NCBI GenBank assembly: GCA_030066315.1
Contig: JASJBW010000001.1
Location: 1 to 51,289, forward strand
Direction: 5' to 3'
Source: Gammaproteobacteria bacterium
Lineage (GTDB): Bacteria; Pseudomonadota; Gammaproteobacteria; GCA-001735895
Length of the DNA: 51,289 nucleotides
The translations under genes were made by a program, and so were the position numbers. Positions 1 through 9,279 of this stretch are shown here, one piece after another. Positions within the stretch are counted from its first letter, which is position 1. Every line of letters begins with the position of its first letter. The notes beneath the pieces were generated by a model that saw nothing but the letters and a program-made list of their open reading frames with translations, was not told where the DNA came from and did no database searches.

Positions 1-14
1 GAGTAAGGATTAGG

Positions 15-869
15 ATGTATCAACAGGTTTATTTAAATGGAGAATACCAAGCCGCCGAGCAGGCCTGCGTACCTGTAATGGATCGAGGGTTCATGTTCGG
101 TGATGGTGTGTATGAAGTGATTCCTGTCTATGCGGGGCGACCGTTTCGGCTGCAACAACACATGCAACGCCTGCAGAATAGCCTGGATGCTATTGGTATC
201 AATAATCCATTATCCCAATCGGACTGGGAACACATTTTTAGTACCCTCTTTGCGCACAATTGTGATACGCCTGATGCTTATATTTACCTGCAGGTAACGC
301 GTGGGGTCATGCAAAGACGTGAACATAATTATAATGCTGATTTAATCCCGACGGTTCTGGTCATGTGCCACTCGCATCATTATGCATTAACTGATTCAAA
401 GACTGCAGGTATTAAGGCGATCACTGTGGAAGATAATCGTTGGGCGGATTGTTATATCAAATCGATTAATCTTTTGCCCAATGTGCTGCGTAAACAACAG
501 GCTATGAATCAGGAGGCGACGGAAGCTATTCTGATTCGTGAAGGGTATGCGGTTGAGGGCTCTGCGAGTAATCTGTTCATCGTTAAAGATGATGTTATTC
601 GGACACCACCCAAAAGCCGTTATATGCTGGGTGGTATCACCCGCGATCTCATTATAGAGTTATGTCATGATAATAAGGTCGTGATGGGAGAAAAAGAGAT
701 TTCTGAGGATGAATTGCATGATGCTGATGAAATTTGGATGACGTCTTCAACCAAGGAAATTATGCCAGTGACCGAGTTAAACCAGCATAAAGTAGGTCGT
801 GGTGTTCCCGGGCCTAAATGGAACCAGGTCCAGAAAATTTTTCAGGCTTATAAACAAAAACTCCAGTAA
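15..869 (+). CDS. Fold-type IV PLP aminotransferase, D-amino-acid (D-alanine) transaminase-like
   Basis: 284-aa ORF. 'DRGFMFGDGVYEV' and 'EGSASNLF' blocks are typical of the Dat/IlvE/PabC family. AAGGA Shine-Dalgarno-like sequence at 5-9. Lies upstream of ybeD-lipB-lipA. Substrate assignment is inference. Confidence 0.8.
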   Translation: MYQQVYLNGEYQAAEQACVPVMDRGFMFGDGVYEVIPVYAGRPFRLQQHMQRLQNSLDAIGINNPLSQSDWEHIFSTLFAHNCDTPDAYIYLQVTRGVMQRREHNYNADLIPTVLVMCHSHHYALTDSKTAGIKAITVEDNRWADCYIKSINLLPNVLRKQQAMNQEATEAILIREGYAVEGSASNLFIVKDDVIRTPPKSRYMLGGITRDLIIELCHDNKVVMGEKEISEDELHDADEIWMTSSTKEIMPVTELNQHKVGRGVPGPKWNQVQKIFQAYKQKLQ

Positions 870-890
870 TTCATCGTAAGGAATCCTAGA

Positions 891-1172
891 ATGTCCGGAA
901 AAAGCAACTCTAATGATATTGAACTGCTAGAGTTTCCTTGTGAATTTCCGCTCAAGGTATTTGGCTTGAATGATGAAGGGTTTGAAGCGGATGTATTGGA
1001 ATTGGTTCGCCAACATTGTCCAACCAACACAGAATTTCAGGTAACACGCAATCAAAGCAAGCAAGGTAAATACCAGGCACTGACGATTACCTTTACCGCA
1101 TATAGCCGCCAACAATTGGATGACATATATCAATCCCTGACTGATTCTGAACAAGTCGTGATGTCTTTATAG
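891..1172 (+). CDS. ybeD: YbeD-family (DUF493) small protein
   Basis: 93 aa. 'LEFPCEFPLKVFG' N-terminal block. Conserved position immediately upstream of lipB. Confidence 0.85.
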   Translation: MSGKSNSNDIELLEFPCEFPLKVFGLNDEGFEADVLELVRQHCPTNTEFQVTRNQSKQGKYQALTITFTAYSRQQLDDIYQSLTDSEQVVMSL

Positions 1173-1183
1173 GGTCCTTATCT

Positions 1184-1798
1184 TTGCAGCCTATTATTAA
1201 ACACCTGGGCCGGACCGACTATGAACCTATATGGCAGGCGATGAGGACTTTTACCGATCAACGCGGCCCGCAAACACCGGATCAATTCTGGATCACAGAG
1301 CATAATCCCGTTTATACCCAAGGGCTCAATGGCCGTAAACAACATTTAGTGGATACGGGTGATATCCCCGTGGTTAATGTCGATCGGGGAGGCCAGGTGA
1401 CTTACCATGGTCCGGGTCAATTGGTTATTTATTGCCTGCTGGATTTAAAACGTCTGAATTTAGGTATTCGAAAGCTGGTTACGATCCTTGAAAATGCAAT
1501 CATCAATGTATTGGCCAGTCTGGGTATCGACGCCGTAGCTCGGAAAGATGCACCCGGAGTTTATATTCATCAGGCCAAAATTGCAGCGCTGGGTTTACGT
1601 ATTCGTAAGGGTTGCTGCTATCATGGCTTGAGCTTTAATCTGGATATGGACTTGACACCTTTTTCAGGTATCAATCCCTGTGGTTTTCAGGGGTTGGAAG
1701 TCACCCAACTGGTGGATCACATAGAGCAAGTAGACTGGATGCAGGTAGAACAAGCACTTTGTGCTCAGTTATTTCAACTGATTGGTTACGAGAAATAA
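1184..1798 (+). CDS. lipB: Octanoyltransferase (lipoyl(octanoyl) transferase)
   Basis: 204 aa. 'GGQVTYHGPGQLV' and 'KIAALGLRIRKGCCYHG' blocks. TTG start (no upstream in-frame ATG). Followed by lipA. Confidence 0.93.
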   Translation: MQPIIKHLGRTDYEPIWQAMRTFTDQRGPQTPDQFWITEHNPVYTQGLNGRKQHLVDTGDIPVVNVDRGGQVTYHGPGQLVIYCLLDLKRLNLGIRKLVTILENAIINVLASLGIDAVARKDAPGVYIHQAKIAALGLRIRKGCCYHGLSFNLDMDLTPFSGINPCGFQGLEVTQLVDHIEQVDWMQVEQALCAQLFQLIGYEK

Positions 1799-1801
1799 GG
1801 T

Positions 1802-2752
1802 ATGACTCAGAAAAACAAGGTAGTGCAAGGCGTTAAACTGAAGGGTGCTGACAAGGTCGCCAGGATACCCATTAAGGTGGTGCCCAGTAAAACCATGCAA
1901 CGTAAACCCGAATGGATTCGGGCCAAGGCGCCGACCAGTGATCTTGTCAAACAATTGAAAAACACGTTAAGGGAAAACAACCTGTACACGGTCTGCGAAG
2001 AAGCAGCCTGCCCTAACCTGGGAGAATGTTTTTCCAAAGGCACTGCCACCTTTATGATTATGGGTGATATCTGTACACGGCGTTGCCCCTTCTGTGATGT
2101 AGGGCATGGCCGCCCCAATCCGCTGGATGCGAGCGAACCCAAAAACCTGGCGCTTACCATTCAAAACATGAATTTGAAATATGTTGTGATCACTTCGGTC
2201 GACCGGGATGATTTACGGGATGGTGGGGCCCAGCATTTCGTGGATTGCATCGAGGCCACTCGAATGCACAATCCGAACATCAAGATAGAGATTCTGACAC
2301 CGGATTTCAGGGGGCGCATGGACCTGGCATTAGATATATTGGCACTGTCTCCGCCGGATGTGTTTAATCATAATCTTGAATCGGTGCCCAGCCTTTATAA
2401 AAAAATTCGACCGGGTTCAGATTATCTTTGGTCATTGCAACTGTTACAAAGATTCAAACAACAACACCCAACCGTGCCTACGAAGTCGGGCATCATGCTG
2501 GGATTAGGCGAGAGTCTGGAGGAAGTTGAACAGGTCCTGAAGGATATGCGAGAACACGAAATCAATATGCTCACGCTGGGTCAGTATTTACAGCCCAGTC
2601 GAGATCATCTTCCAGTAGAACGGTTTGTCACACCCGAAGAATTTAAACAGTTAGAGACTCTGGCTTACGAGCTTGGATTTGATCAGGTCGCGAGTGGCCC
2701 TATGGTGCGCTCATCCTATCATGCCGATTTGCAGGCCAGTGGTCAGTTCTAG
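1802..2752 (+). CDS. lipA: Lipoyl synthase (radical SAM)
   Basis: 316 aa. Auxiliary cluster motif '[12 protein letters not shown]' and radical-SAM motif 'CTRRCPFC'. Confidence 0.97.
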   Translation: MTQKNKVVQGVKLKGADKVARIPIKVVPSKTMQRKPEWIRAKAPTSDLVKQLKNTLRENNLYTVCEEAACPNLGECFSKGTATFMIMGDICTRRCPFCDVGHGRPNPLDASEPKNLALTIQNMNLKYVVITSVDRDDLRDGGAQHFVDCIEATRMHNPNIKIEILTPDFRGRMDLALDILALSPPDVFNHNLESVPSLYKKIRPGSDYLWSLQLLQRFKQQHPTVPTKSGIMLGLGESLEEVEQVLKDMREHEINMLTLGQYLQPSRDHLPVERFVTPEEFKQLETLAYELGFDQVASGPMVRSSYHADLQASGQF

Positions 2753-2800
2753 CCGGTCTCTATAGATTGAGTGGATGCCTGTTGATGGGCTTCTAAAAGT

Positions 2801-3922
2801 ATGAAAGAACAATTCCCTGTGATTGAACATCTGGCGCACATGAATCATGCTGCAGTTGGTCCCTGGCCACAGGTCACTGCCCAGGCCGTTACTGATTTCG
2901 TTAAGGAAAACGCGCAATGGGGTTCCCTGCATTATTCCAAATGGTTGCATACAGAAAAGGAGTTACGTTCCAAACTGGCGGTTTTGATTAATGCTCCAGG
3001 TCCGGAGGACATCGCCCTGGTCAAAAATACGTCTGAAGGGTTGTCATTTGTAGCCTCGGGTCTGGAATGGAGAAGGGGTGATAATGTGGTGGGTATTCGC
3101 CAGGAGTTTCCTTCTAATCGATTTCCCTGGGAAGCCTTGGCTGCAAAAGGGGTTGAGTTCAGAAAACTTGATCTGGAAAGCGCTCAAGATCCAGAACAAG
3201 CGCTGATGGAGCTGTGTGATGAGCGAACCCGGCTCCTATCAGTCAGTTCGATTCAGTACCACAACGGCTTTCGTCTTAACCTGGAACGCATGGGTCAATT
3301 TTGTCGTGCCCAGGGAACACTCTTCTGTGTGGATGCTATCCAGCATATTGGCGCTTTGCCATTTGATGTACAGGCCATCCAGGCAGACTTTGTGGTGGCG
3401 GACGGACATAAGTGGATGTTGTCGGCCGAAGGCCTTGGCTTGCTCTATATTCGGCGTGACCTTCTTGAGTCACTGTCCTTGAATCAGTTTGGCTGGCATA
3501 TGGCTGAAAATCTGGGTGATTATACACAACAGAATTTCACACCCGCTTCATCAGCCCGACGATTTGAATGTGGCAGCCCCAATATGTTGGGTATTTATGC
3601 ACTGAACAGTAGTGTTGGTTTTCTGCTGGAGCAAGGACTGGAGCAGATTGGTAGTGCCATCATAACCAACACGCGGTATCTCATGGACAGGCTTGAAGAT
3701 ATTCCAGGGGTGAAACTGTTAACGGATCGCCATGAGAGTCGGTTATCCGGTATCGTCACCTTTTATAAAGAGGGCCTCGCCAGTGAGCATCTTTACCAGC
3801 AATTGATGGCCAGGAAAGTATTGTGCGCGCATCGCGGAGGCGGTGTCCGCTTATCACCCCATTTTTATACTCCGAGATCCCAACTGGATCAGGTGCTCAA
3901 GTATGTACAGGAGATATCCTAG
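2801..3922 (+). CDS. Class V aminotransferase / cysteine-desulfurase-like PLP enzyme
   Basis: 373 aa. 'NTSEG' and PLP-lysine context 'VVADGHKWMLS'. Overall layout fits the COG0520-type family. Exact substrate unknown. Confidence 0.75.
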   Translation: MKEQFPVIEHLAHMNHAAVGPWPQVTAQAVTDFVKENAQWGSLHYSKWLHTEKELRSKLAVLINAPGPEDIALVKNTSEGLSFVASGLEWRRGDNVVGIRQEFPSNRFPWEALAAKGVEFRKLDLESAQDPEQALMELCDERTRLLSVSSIQYHNGFRLNLERMGQFCRAQGTLFCVDAIQHIGALPFDVQAIQADFVVADGHKWMLSAEGLGLLYIRRDLLESLSLNQFGWHMAENLGDYTQQNFTPASSARRFECGSPNMLGIYALNSSVGFLLEQGLEQIGSAIITNTRYLMDRLEDIPGVKLLTDRHESRLSGIVTFYKEGLASEHLYQQLMARKVLCAHRGGGVRLSPHFYTPRSQLDQVLKYVQEIS

Positions 3923-4170
3923 AATTTGACGGTATTAAAATGGGGATTTGGTGTGATCGCCTGCATCTGTTTGATCTGGTTCAAGTCAATATTCTGGTCC
4001 TTTTGGTCTAGCCGCAGAACCAGGATTTCTTTTTTATCCTTATCGGTATAGGTCGTATGGGCTGTGCCTTCCAGATGCGTGCCATCAATAAAGCTGATAC
4101 ATACCCGATACTGATACAGGCAGGCGATTTCTATGAAATCATGTAAATGGCAACTGATCATGGGTATCAA
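3919..4170 (-). CDS. rof: Rof/YaeO-family protein (modulator of Rho-dependent termination)
   Basis: 83 aa. 'ISCHLHDFIEIACLYQ...DGTHLEG' lines up with E. coli YaeO 'INCDDYDNLELACQHH...DGEKLQA' (from memory). The track start is TTG at 4170. An in-frame ATG at 4161 is an alternative start. Confidence 0.7.
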   Translation of the reverse strand: MIPMISCHLHDFIEIACLYQYRVCISFIDGTHLEGTAHTTYTDKDKKEILVLRLDQKDQNIDLNQIKQMQAITPNPHFNTVKF

Positions 4171-5987
4171 ACCTGTTGGCGTTGACCATACAATTCCTGA
4201 TATAGGCCATCACGATTGACCAGTTCATCGTGATGACCTTCATCAATTATTTCTCCACCATCAAAAACGTAAGCCCTATCAGCCTGTTTAATGGCACTCA
4301 AACGGTGGGCAATAATCAATGTGGTACGACCAGCCAGAAAACTGGCCAGGGCACGATGTAACCGCTCTTCTGTGGCGGTATCCAATGCCGATGTGGCTTC
4401 ATCAAGGATGACCACCTTCGGTTCGGATAAAATCATTCGCGCAATGGCCAGGCGCTGCCTTTGGCCACCGGATAATCGAATACCATTACGTCCCACTATC
4501 GTATCGAGACCATTTTCCAGGGCTTCAATATCGGGTTTAAGCTGGGCAATCTCCAAAGCCTGCCACAGCGCAGCCTCTTGCATGTCGATACCCATCGTCA
4601 GGTTATTCCGAATACTGTCGTTAAACAGTGCCGGGTGTTGTAACACGGTTGCTATATTGTCTCGAATGGTGTGTAAACCAATCTGGCTGACTGGTTCATC
4701 ATTAAAATAGATTTGACCCTCGGAAGGTGGATAGAGCCCCAGGATAACCTGGACCAAAGTGGATTTACCCCCTCCACTGGCACCCACCAATGCTATTTTT
4801 TCTCCGGCCCCTATTGCCAATGATATTCCGTTGAGGATGGGATCATCGGTTTTGTACGCAAAGTGAATGTTATCTATTGTAAGGCTTGCGGTTTGATGAC
4901 CTTTAAAGGGATTGGTATTTGCTGGGAAATGTGGTTCTTTTTTTAGCTCGAGAATACGGTTGAGCCTTTTCAGAGCGGCATTGGCCGAAAAATAGCTGTA
5001 TTGAATGCTGAGGATTTCCTGCACGGGAGTCATCATGAACCAGAGGTACGCATACACCGCAAACATTTGGCCGATGGACAGGGATGAAAATACAACCATC
5101 AACATACTGACGGCACGAAATACTTCAAATCCCATCAGGAAAATAAAAAAGGAGAGGCGATTGGCGGCATCACTTTTCCAACTGAAACTGGCTGAACTTT
5201 CCTTGACGCCACGGGCACGGTCGATCACACGTAATAGATAATGACGTTCCCGGTTACTCGCTCTGATCTGTTGAATGGCATCGAGGGTTTCAGTCAGTGA
5301 TTGTTGGAATACTTCGACCGCACTGTTTTCCTGTTGCTTCAGTTGTTTGACTTTTTTTCCAAGCACGGTGGTGAAATAAATCACGATGGGATTCATGATC
5401 AGAATAAATAATGCCATTTGCCAGTGAATCCACAACAGGGTGATAGCAACGCCACTGACAATGAGTACTGCCACCAGGAATTTACTTAAGGCAGAACCGA
5501 TAAAGGTATCCACGGTATCGATATCGGTGACCAGGTGGGAAGCCATCGCGCCACTACCCAAAGTTTCATACTCCGCCATGGAAATTGTCTGGAGTCGATT
5601 CAATAAGTCTTTACGCAAGCGATAGGTAATATCTTTGGAAACCAGAGTGAATTCACGGGTTTGCCAGACGGATAACAGGGTACCCAAAAATCTCAATAGT
5701 ATTGTGATGAACATGATAACGCCGATAAACAATACGGGCCCATGCCAATCTTCATAGAATACTTGCTTCAGGGTTGAGACAATAATGGCAGGCTTGTCCA
5801 GCAAGACTTCATCGACCATCAAAGGCATTAACATGGGAACAGGAACTAAAATGATGGCAGCCACAATGGCGATTACGTGTGCCTGGATGAGAATGGGTTT
5901 ATGGTTTTTGGCCAGAGAAAAAATCATAGCCCAGGTGATTTCTTCTGGCGGATGAGCTGGTTTGTTTACACTCACTGATTGAATCAA
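4167..5987 (-). CDS. ABC exporter, fused permease/ATPase (MsbA-like type I exporter half-transporter)
   Basis: 606 aa. N-terminal 6-TM domain. Walker A 'GASGGGKST', signature 'LSGGQRQR', Walker B 'VVILDEATS', H-loop 'IAHR'. Confidence 0.92.
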   Translation of the reverse strand: MIQSVSVNKPAHPPEEITWAMIFSLAKNHKPILIQAHVIAIVAAIILVPVPMLMPLMVDEVLLDKPAIIVSTLKQVFYEDWHGPVLFIGVIMFITILLRFLGTLLSVWQTREFTLVSKDITYRLRKDLLNRLQTISMAEYETLGSGAMASHLVTDIDTVDTFIGSALSKFLVAVLIVSGVAITLLWIHWQMALFILIMNPIVIYFTTVLGKKVKQLKQQENSAVEVFQQSLTETLDAIQQIRASNRERHYLLRVIDRARGVKESSASFSWKSDAANRLSFFIFLMGFEVFRAVSMLMVVFSSLSIGQMFAVYAYLWFMMTPVQEILSIQYSYFSANAALKRLNRILELKKEPHFPANTNPFKGHQTASLTIDNIHFAYKTDDPILNGISLAIGAGEKIALVGASGGGKSTLVQVILGLYPPSEGQIYFNDEPVSQIGLHTIRDNIATVLQHPALFNDSIRNNLTMGIDMQEAALWQALEIAQLKPDIEALENGLDTIVGRNGIRLSGGQRQRLAIARMILSEPKVVILDEATSALDTATEERLHRALASFLAGRTTLIIAHRLSAIKQADRAYVFDGGEIIDEGHHDELVNRDGLYQELYGQRQQV

Positions 5988-6185
5988 ATTGTATGTGCGC
6001 TAAAGAATTAATAGTGTCAGCTTTTGACCGAGGCTACAAGGTTCGGTTCATCTATGGTTTTAATGATTCAAATAATGGCGCTTCGAATATGAGCTGATCC
6101 CCATGAGTGACGGGTATGTAAAGCAGGGTTTTCTACCGATAACTCTGGCTTTCTCTATTAGAGATCATTAATATGTCCGGTCGGC

Positions 6186-6264
6186 CCGTCATAATCCCAG
6201 ATTGTCTATCGGGCCATAATCAGAATCCAATCCGTCATAATGACTAGATTGTCTATCTAGATTG
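6186..6264. repeat. Direct repeats (CCGTCATAAT-N3/4-AGATTGTCTATC, two copies, plus a third AGATTG) upstream of pntA
   Basis: CCGTCATAAT occurs at 6186-6195 and 6232-6241. AGATTGTCTATC occurs at 6199-6210 and 6246-6257. AGATTG occurs again at 6259-6264. The period is about 46 bp. The repeats end 17 bp before the pntA ATG. Confidence 0.45.
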
Positions 6265-6280
6265 GCAACAGGTGTATTGA

Positions 6281-7855
6281 ATGAGAATTGTAATTCCAAA
6301 AGAGATCCAGACTGGAGAAAAACGTGTCGCGACGACTCCAGATATCACACACAAGTTGGTAGCAAAAGGTTTCCAGGTATGGGTTGAAAGCCACGCGGGT
6401 ATGCCAGCCAGTTTTTCCGATGATGCCTATCGCGAGGCCGGTGCGAAAATCGTTAATGACAGTCAAGAGTTATATGCACAGGCAGATATCGTTCTCAAGG
6501 TTCGAGCACCCCAAGCCCATCCTGAAAATGGTGATCATGAACTGGATCTCATGCCCTCGGGATGCCTGTTAATTTGTTTTCTTTGGCCCGCGCAAAATGC
6601 TGAATTATTGAAAGCCCTGGCTGATAAAGGCATTAACGCCATGTCCATGGATGCCGTGCCTCGGATTTCTCGTGCGCAAAAACTTGATGCGCTGAGTTCG
6701 ATGGCTAATATCGCGGGTTACCGTTCGGTCATAGAGGCATCGAATCATTTTGGGCGGTTTTTTACCGGCCAGATTACAGCGGCAGGGAAGGTCCCGCCGG
6801 CAAAAGTGATGGTTATCGGCGCAGGTGTTGCCGGACTCGCTGCAATTGGTACGGCTAAATCGCTCGGGGCCATTGTTCGAGCCTTTGATACGCGTCCTGA
6901 AGTGAAGGACCAGATTCTGAGTATGGATGCTGAATTTCTGGAATTGGATTTTGAAGAAGATGGATCTGGTGAAGGGGGTTATGCCAAACAAATGAGCCAA
7001 GCCTTTATTGATGCTGAAATGGCCTTGTTTGCCGAGCAGGCACGTGAAGTGGATATCATCATTACCACCGCGCTGATTCCCGGAAAGCCGGCACCAAAGC
7101 TGATAACCGAGGAAATGGTCAAGTCCATGAAGCAGGGTAGTGTGATTGTTGACCTGGCTGCAGAACAGGGTGGTAATTGCGAACTGACCAAACCTCATCG
7201 GGTATCGGAAAAACACGGTGTCACCATCATTGGCTTTACCGACATGCCCAGTCGTTTGCCGGCCCAGGCCAGCCAGCTTTATGGGACCAACTTGCTCAAT
7301 ATGCTGGATGAATTGATTGATGATGTCAGTGCTGATCTTGATCTGGATTTTGAAAACGAGGTGATACGAGGATCTACAGTCGTTAAATCCGGAGAGATTA
7401 CCTGGCCACCCCCGGCTATTGAGGTTGCTGCGCGACAACCGGCTTATTCCGAGCAATCGGTACCGGATGCACACGTGGCCATAGATGCCGATGAAGAACC
7501 CTCGGTCATTCTACAATTGTTTAAAAACCTGATGCCTTTACTGGTAGGAGCATTAACCCTGTTTGGTATAGGTGCTGTGGCCCCTCCTTCTTTCATGGGC
7601 CATTTCACAGTATTCATACTGTCGTGTTTTATCGGTTACATGGTTATCTGGAACGTAACACCTTCTTTGCATACACCGCTGATGAGTGTTACCAATGCCA
7701 TCAGTAGCATTATTATCATAGGTGCATTGATCCAGGTTTCCTCGCAGAGTAGTTTGATCATTATTCTGTCGGCGGTAGCGATATTGATCGCGACGATTAA
7801 TATCGTGGGTGGTTTTGCTGTTACCCAACGTATGCTCAAGATGTTCGGGGAATAA
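6281..7855 (+). CDS. pntA: NAD(P) transhydrogenase subunit alpha (dI + dII-alpha fused)
   Basis: 524 aa. Alanine-dehydrogenase-like N-terminus, Rossmann motif '[13 protein letters not shown]', four C-terminal TM helices. Confidence 0.96.
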   Translation: MRIVIPKEIQTGEKRVATTPDITHKLVAKGFQVWVESHAGMPASFSDDAYREAGAKIVNDSQELYAQADIVLKVRAPQAHPENGDHELDLMPSGCLLICFLWPAQNAELLKALADKGINAMSMDAVPRISRAQKLDALSSMANIAGYRSVIEASNHFGRFFTGQITAAGKVPPAKVMVIGAGVAGLAAIGTAKSLGAIVRAFDTRPEVKDQILSMDAEFLELDFEEDGSGEGGYAKQMSQAFIDAEMALFAEQAREVDIIITTALIPGKPAPKLITEEMVKSMKQGSVIVDLAAEQGGNCELTKPHRVSEKHGVTIIGFTDMPSRLPAQASQLYGTNLLNMLDELIDDVSADLDLDFENEVIRGSTVVKSGEITWPPPAIEVAARQPAYSEQSVPDAHVAIDADEEPSVILQLFKNLMPLLVGALTLFGIGAVAPPSFMGHFTVFILSCFIGYMVIWNVTPSLHTPLMSVTNAISSIIIIGALIQVSSQSSLIIILSAVAILIATINIVGGFAVTQRMLKMFGE

Positions 7856-7857
7856 TC

Positions 7858-9252
7858 ATGTCTACAGAATTAATCAATGCATTTTACCTGGGGGCAGCCA
7901 TCCTGTTTATCCTCGCATTGGGCGGGCTGAGCAGTAATGAAAATGCCAAGCGCGGTAATCTTTATGGTATGTTGGGTATGGCCCTGGCCGTTATCGCTAC
8001 GATTTTTAGTGATGCAGTCACCAGTTATTGGATTATTGTTATCTGTATGATTCCAGGGGCCATATTGGGTTTCATTCTGGCAAAAAAAGTCAAAATGACA
8101 CAGATGCCGCAATTGGTTGCTATATTGCACAGTCTGGTTGGATTGGCCGCAGTCAGTGTAGGTTATGCAACCTATTTCGACCCCAACCTACATTTCAGCG
8201 GCGTTGAGAAAACCATTCATGATCTGGAAGTGTATATCGGTATCTATATCGGGGCCCTTACCTTTTCCGGCTCTGTGATCGCTTTTGGTAAATTAAGTGC
8301 AATCATCAATAGCAAACCGGTTTTACTACCAGCCCGACATATGCTCAATCTCATCATGTTTTTTGTGGTGGTGATTTATGCTGTGATCTTTGTCAATGTC
8401 GATAATATCCAGGAAGCCTACACCCCGTTGATTATCATGACCTTGATTGCTTTGATCTTTGGGGTGCATATGGTGATTGCCATAGGAGGGGCCGATATGC
8501 CAGTGGTGATCTCCATGCTCAATAGCTATTCCGGTTGGGCAGCGGCTGCGACCGGTTTCATGTTATCCAATGATTTGTTGATTGTAACCGGGGCTCTGGT
8601 GGGAAGTAGTGGTGCCATCCTCAGTTATATCATGTGTCGGGCCATGAATCGTAATTTCTTAAGTGTCATAGCCGGTGGTTTTGGTACCACCAGTCAGGCT
8701 GTTGCAAGCGGGGGTGAGACCGGTGAAGTGGTTGCTTCAAGTGTCGAAGAAGTGGCCCAAGTCCTTTCCAGTGCCAAGAAAGTAATGATTGTTCCTGGGT
8801 ACGGTATGGCCATGGCCCAGGCGCAGCAAGCAGTGGCTGAAGTGACGCGTTTATTGATGGGGAAAGGAGTGCACGTCATCTTTGGCATTCATCCCGTAGC
8901 TGGCCGCATGCCCGGGCATATGAATGTTTTACTGGCCGAGGCCAAGGTACCTTACGATGTGGTTTTCGAAATGGATGAGGTGAACGATGATTTCCCTAAC
9001 GTTGATGTGACCCTCGTGATTGGTGCCAATGACACGGTGAATCCAGCGGCTTTGGAAGATCCGGGTAGTCCGATTTCAGGAATGCCGGTACTGGAGGTTT
9101 GGAAAAGTAAATTGACCATAGTGTTAAAACGCAGCATGGCTACAGGTTATGCAGGTGTTGAAAATCCGCTTTTTTATAAAGACAACACCAGGATGTTATT
9201 CGGTGATGCCAAGAACAATATGGATGAACTGGTCAAAGCCCTTGCGACGTAA
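7858..9252 (+). CDS. pntB: NAD(P) transhydrogenase subunit beta
   Basis: 464 aa. Polytopic N-terminus. dIII motifs '[11 protein letters not shown]' and '[12 protein letters not shown]'. Starts 3 nt after pntA. Confidence 0.96.
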   Translation: MSTELINAFYLGAAILFILALGGLSSNENAKRGNLYGMLGMALAVIATIFSDAVTSYWIIVICMIPGAILGFILAKKVKMTQMPQLVAILHSLVGLAAVSVGYATYFDPNLHFSGVEKTIHDLEVYIGIYIGALTFSGSVIAFGKLSAIINSKPVLLPARHMLNLIMFFVVVIYAVIFVNVDNIQEAYTPLIIMTLIALIFGVHMVIAIGGADMPVVISMLNSYSGWAAAATGFMLSNDLLIVTGALVGSSGAILSYIMCRAMNRNFLSVIAGGFGTTSQAVASGGETGEVVASSVEEVAQVLSSAKKVMIVPGYGMAMAQAQQAVAEVTRLLMGKGVHVIFGIHPVAGRMPGHMNVLLAEAKVPYDVVFEMDEVNDDFPNVDVTLVIGANDTVNPAALEDPGSPISGMPVLEVWKSKLTIVLKRSMATGYAGVENPLFYKDNTRMLFGDAKNNMDELVKALAT

Positions 9253-9279
9253 CTCTCTTGATAGGGGGCAGAGGCTGCT

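Noticed and set aside
6605-7474. 289-aa ORF antisense to pntA.
   Set aside because: It is a shadow ORF inside a strongly supported gene. The translation is Arg/Cys/His-rich with no recognisable motifs.
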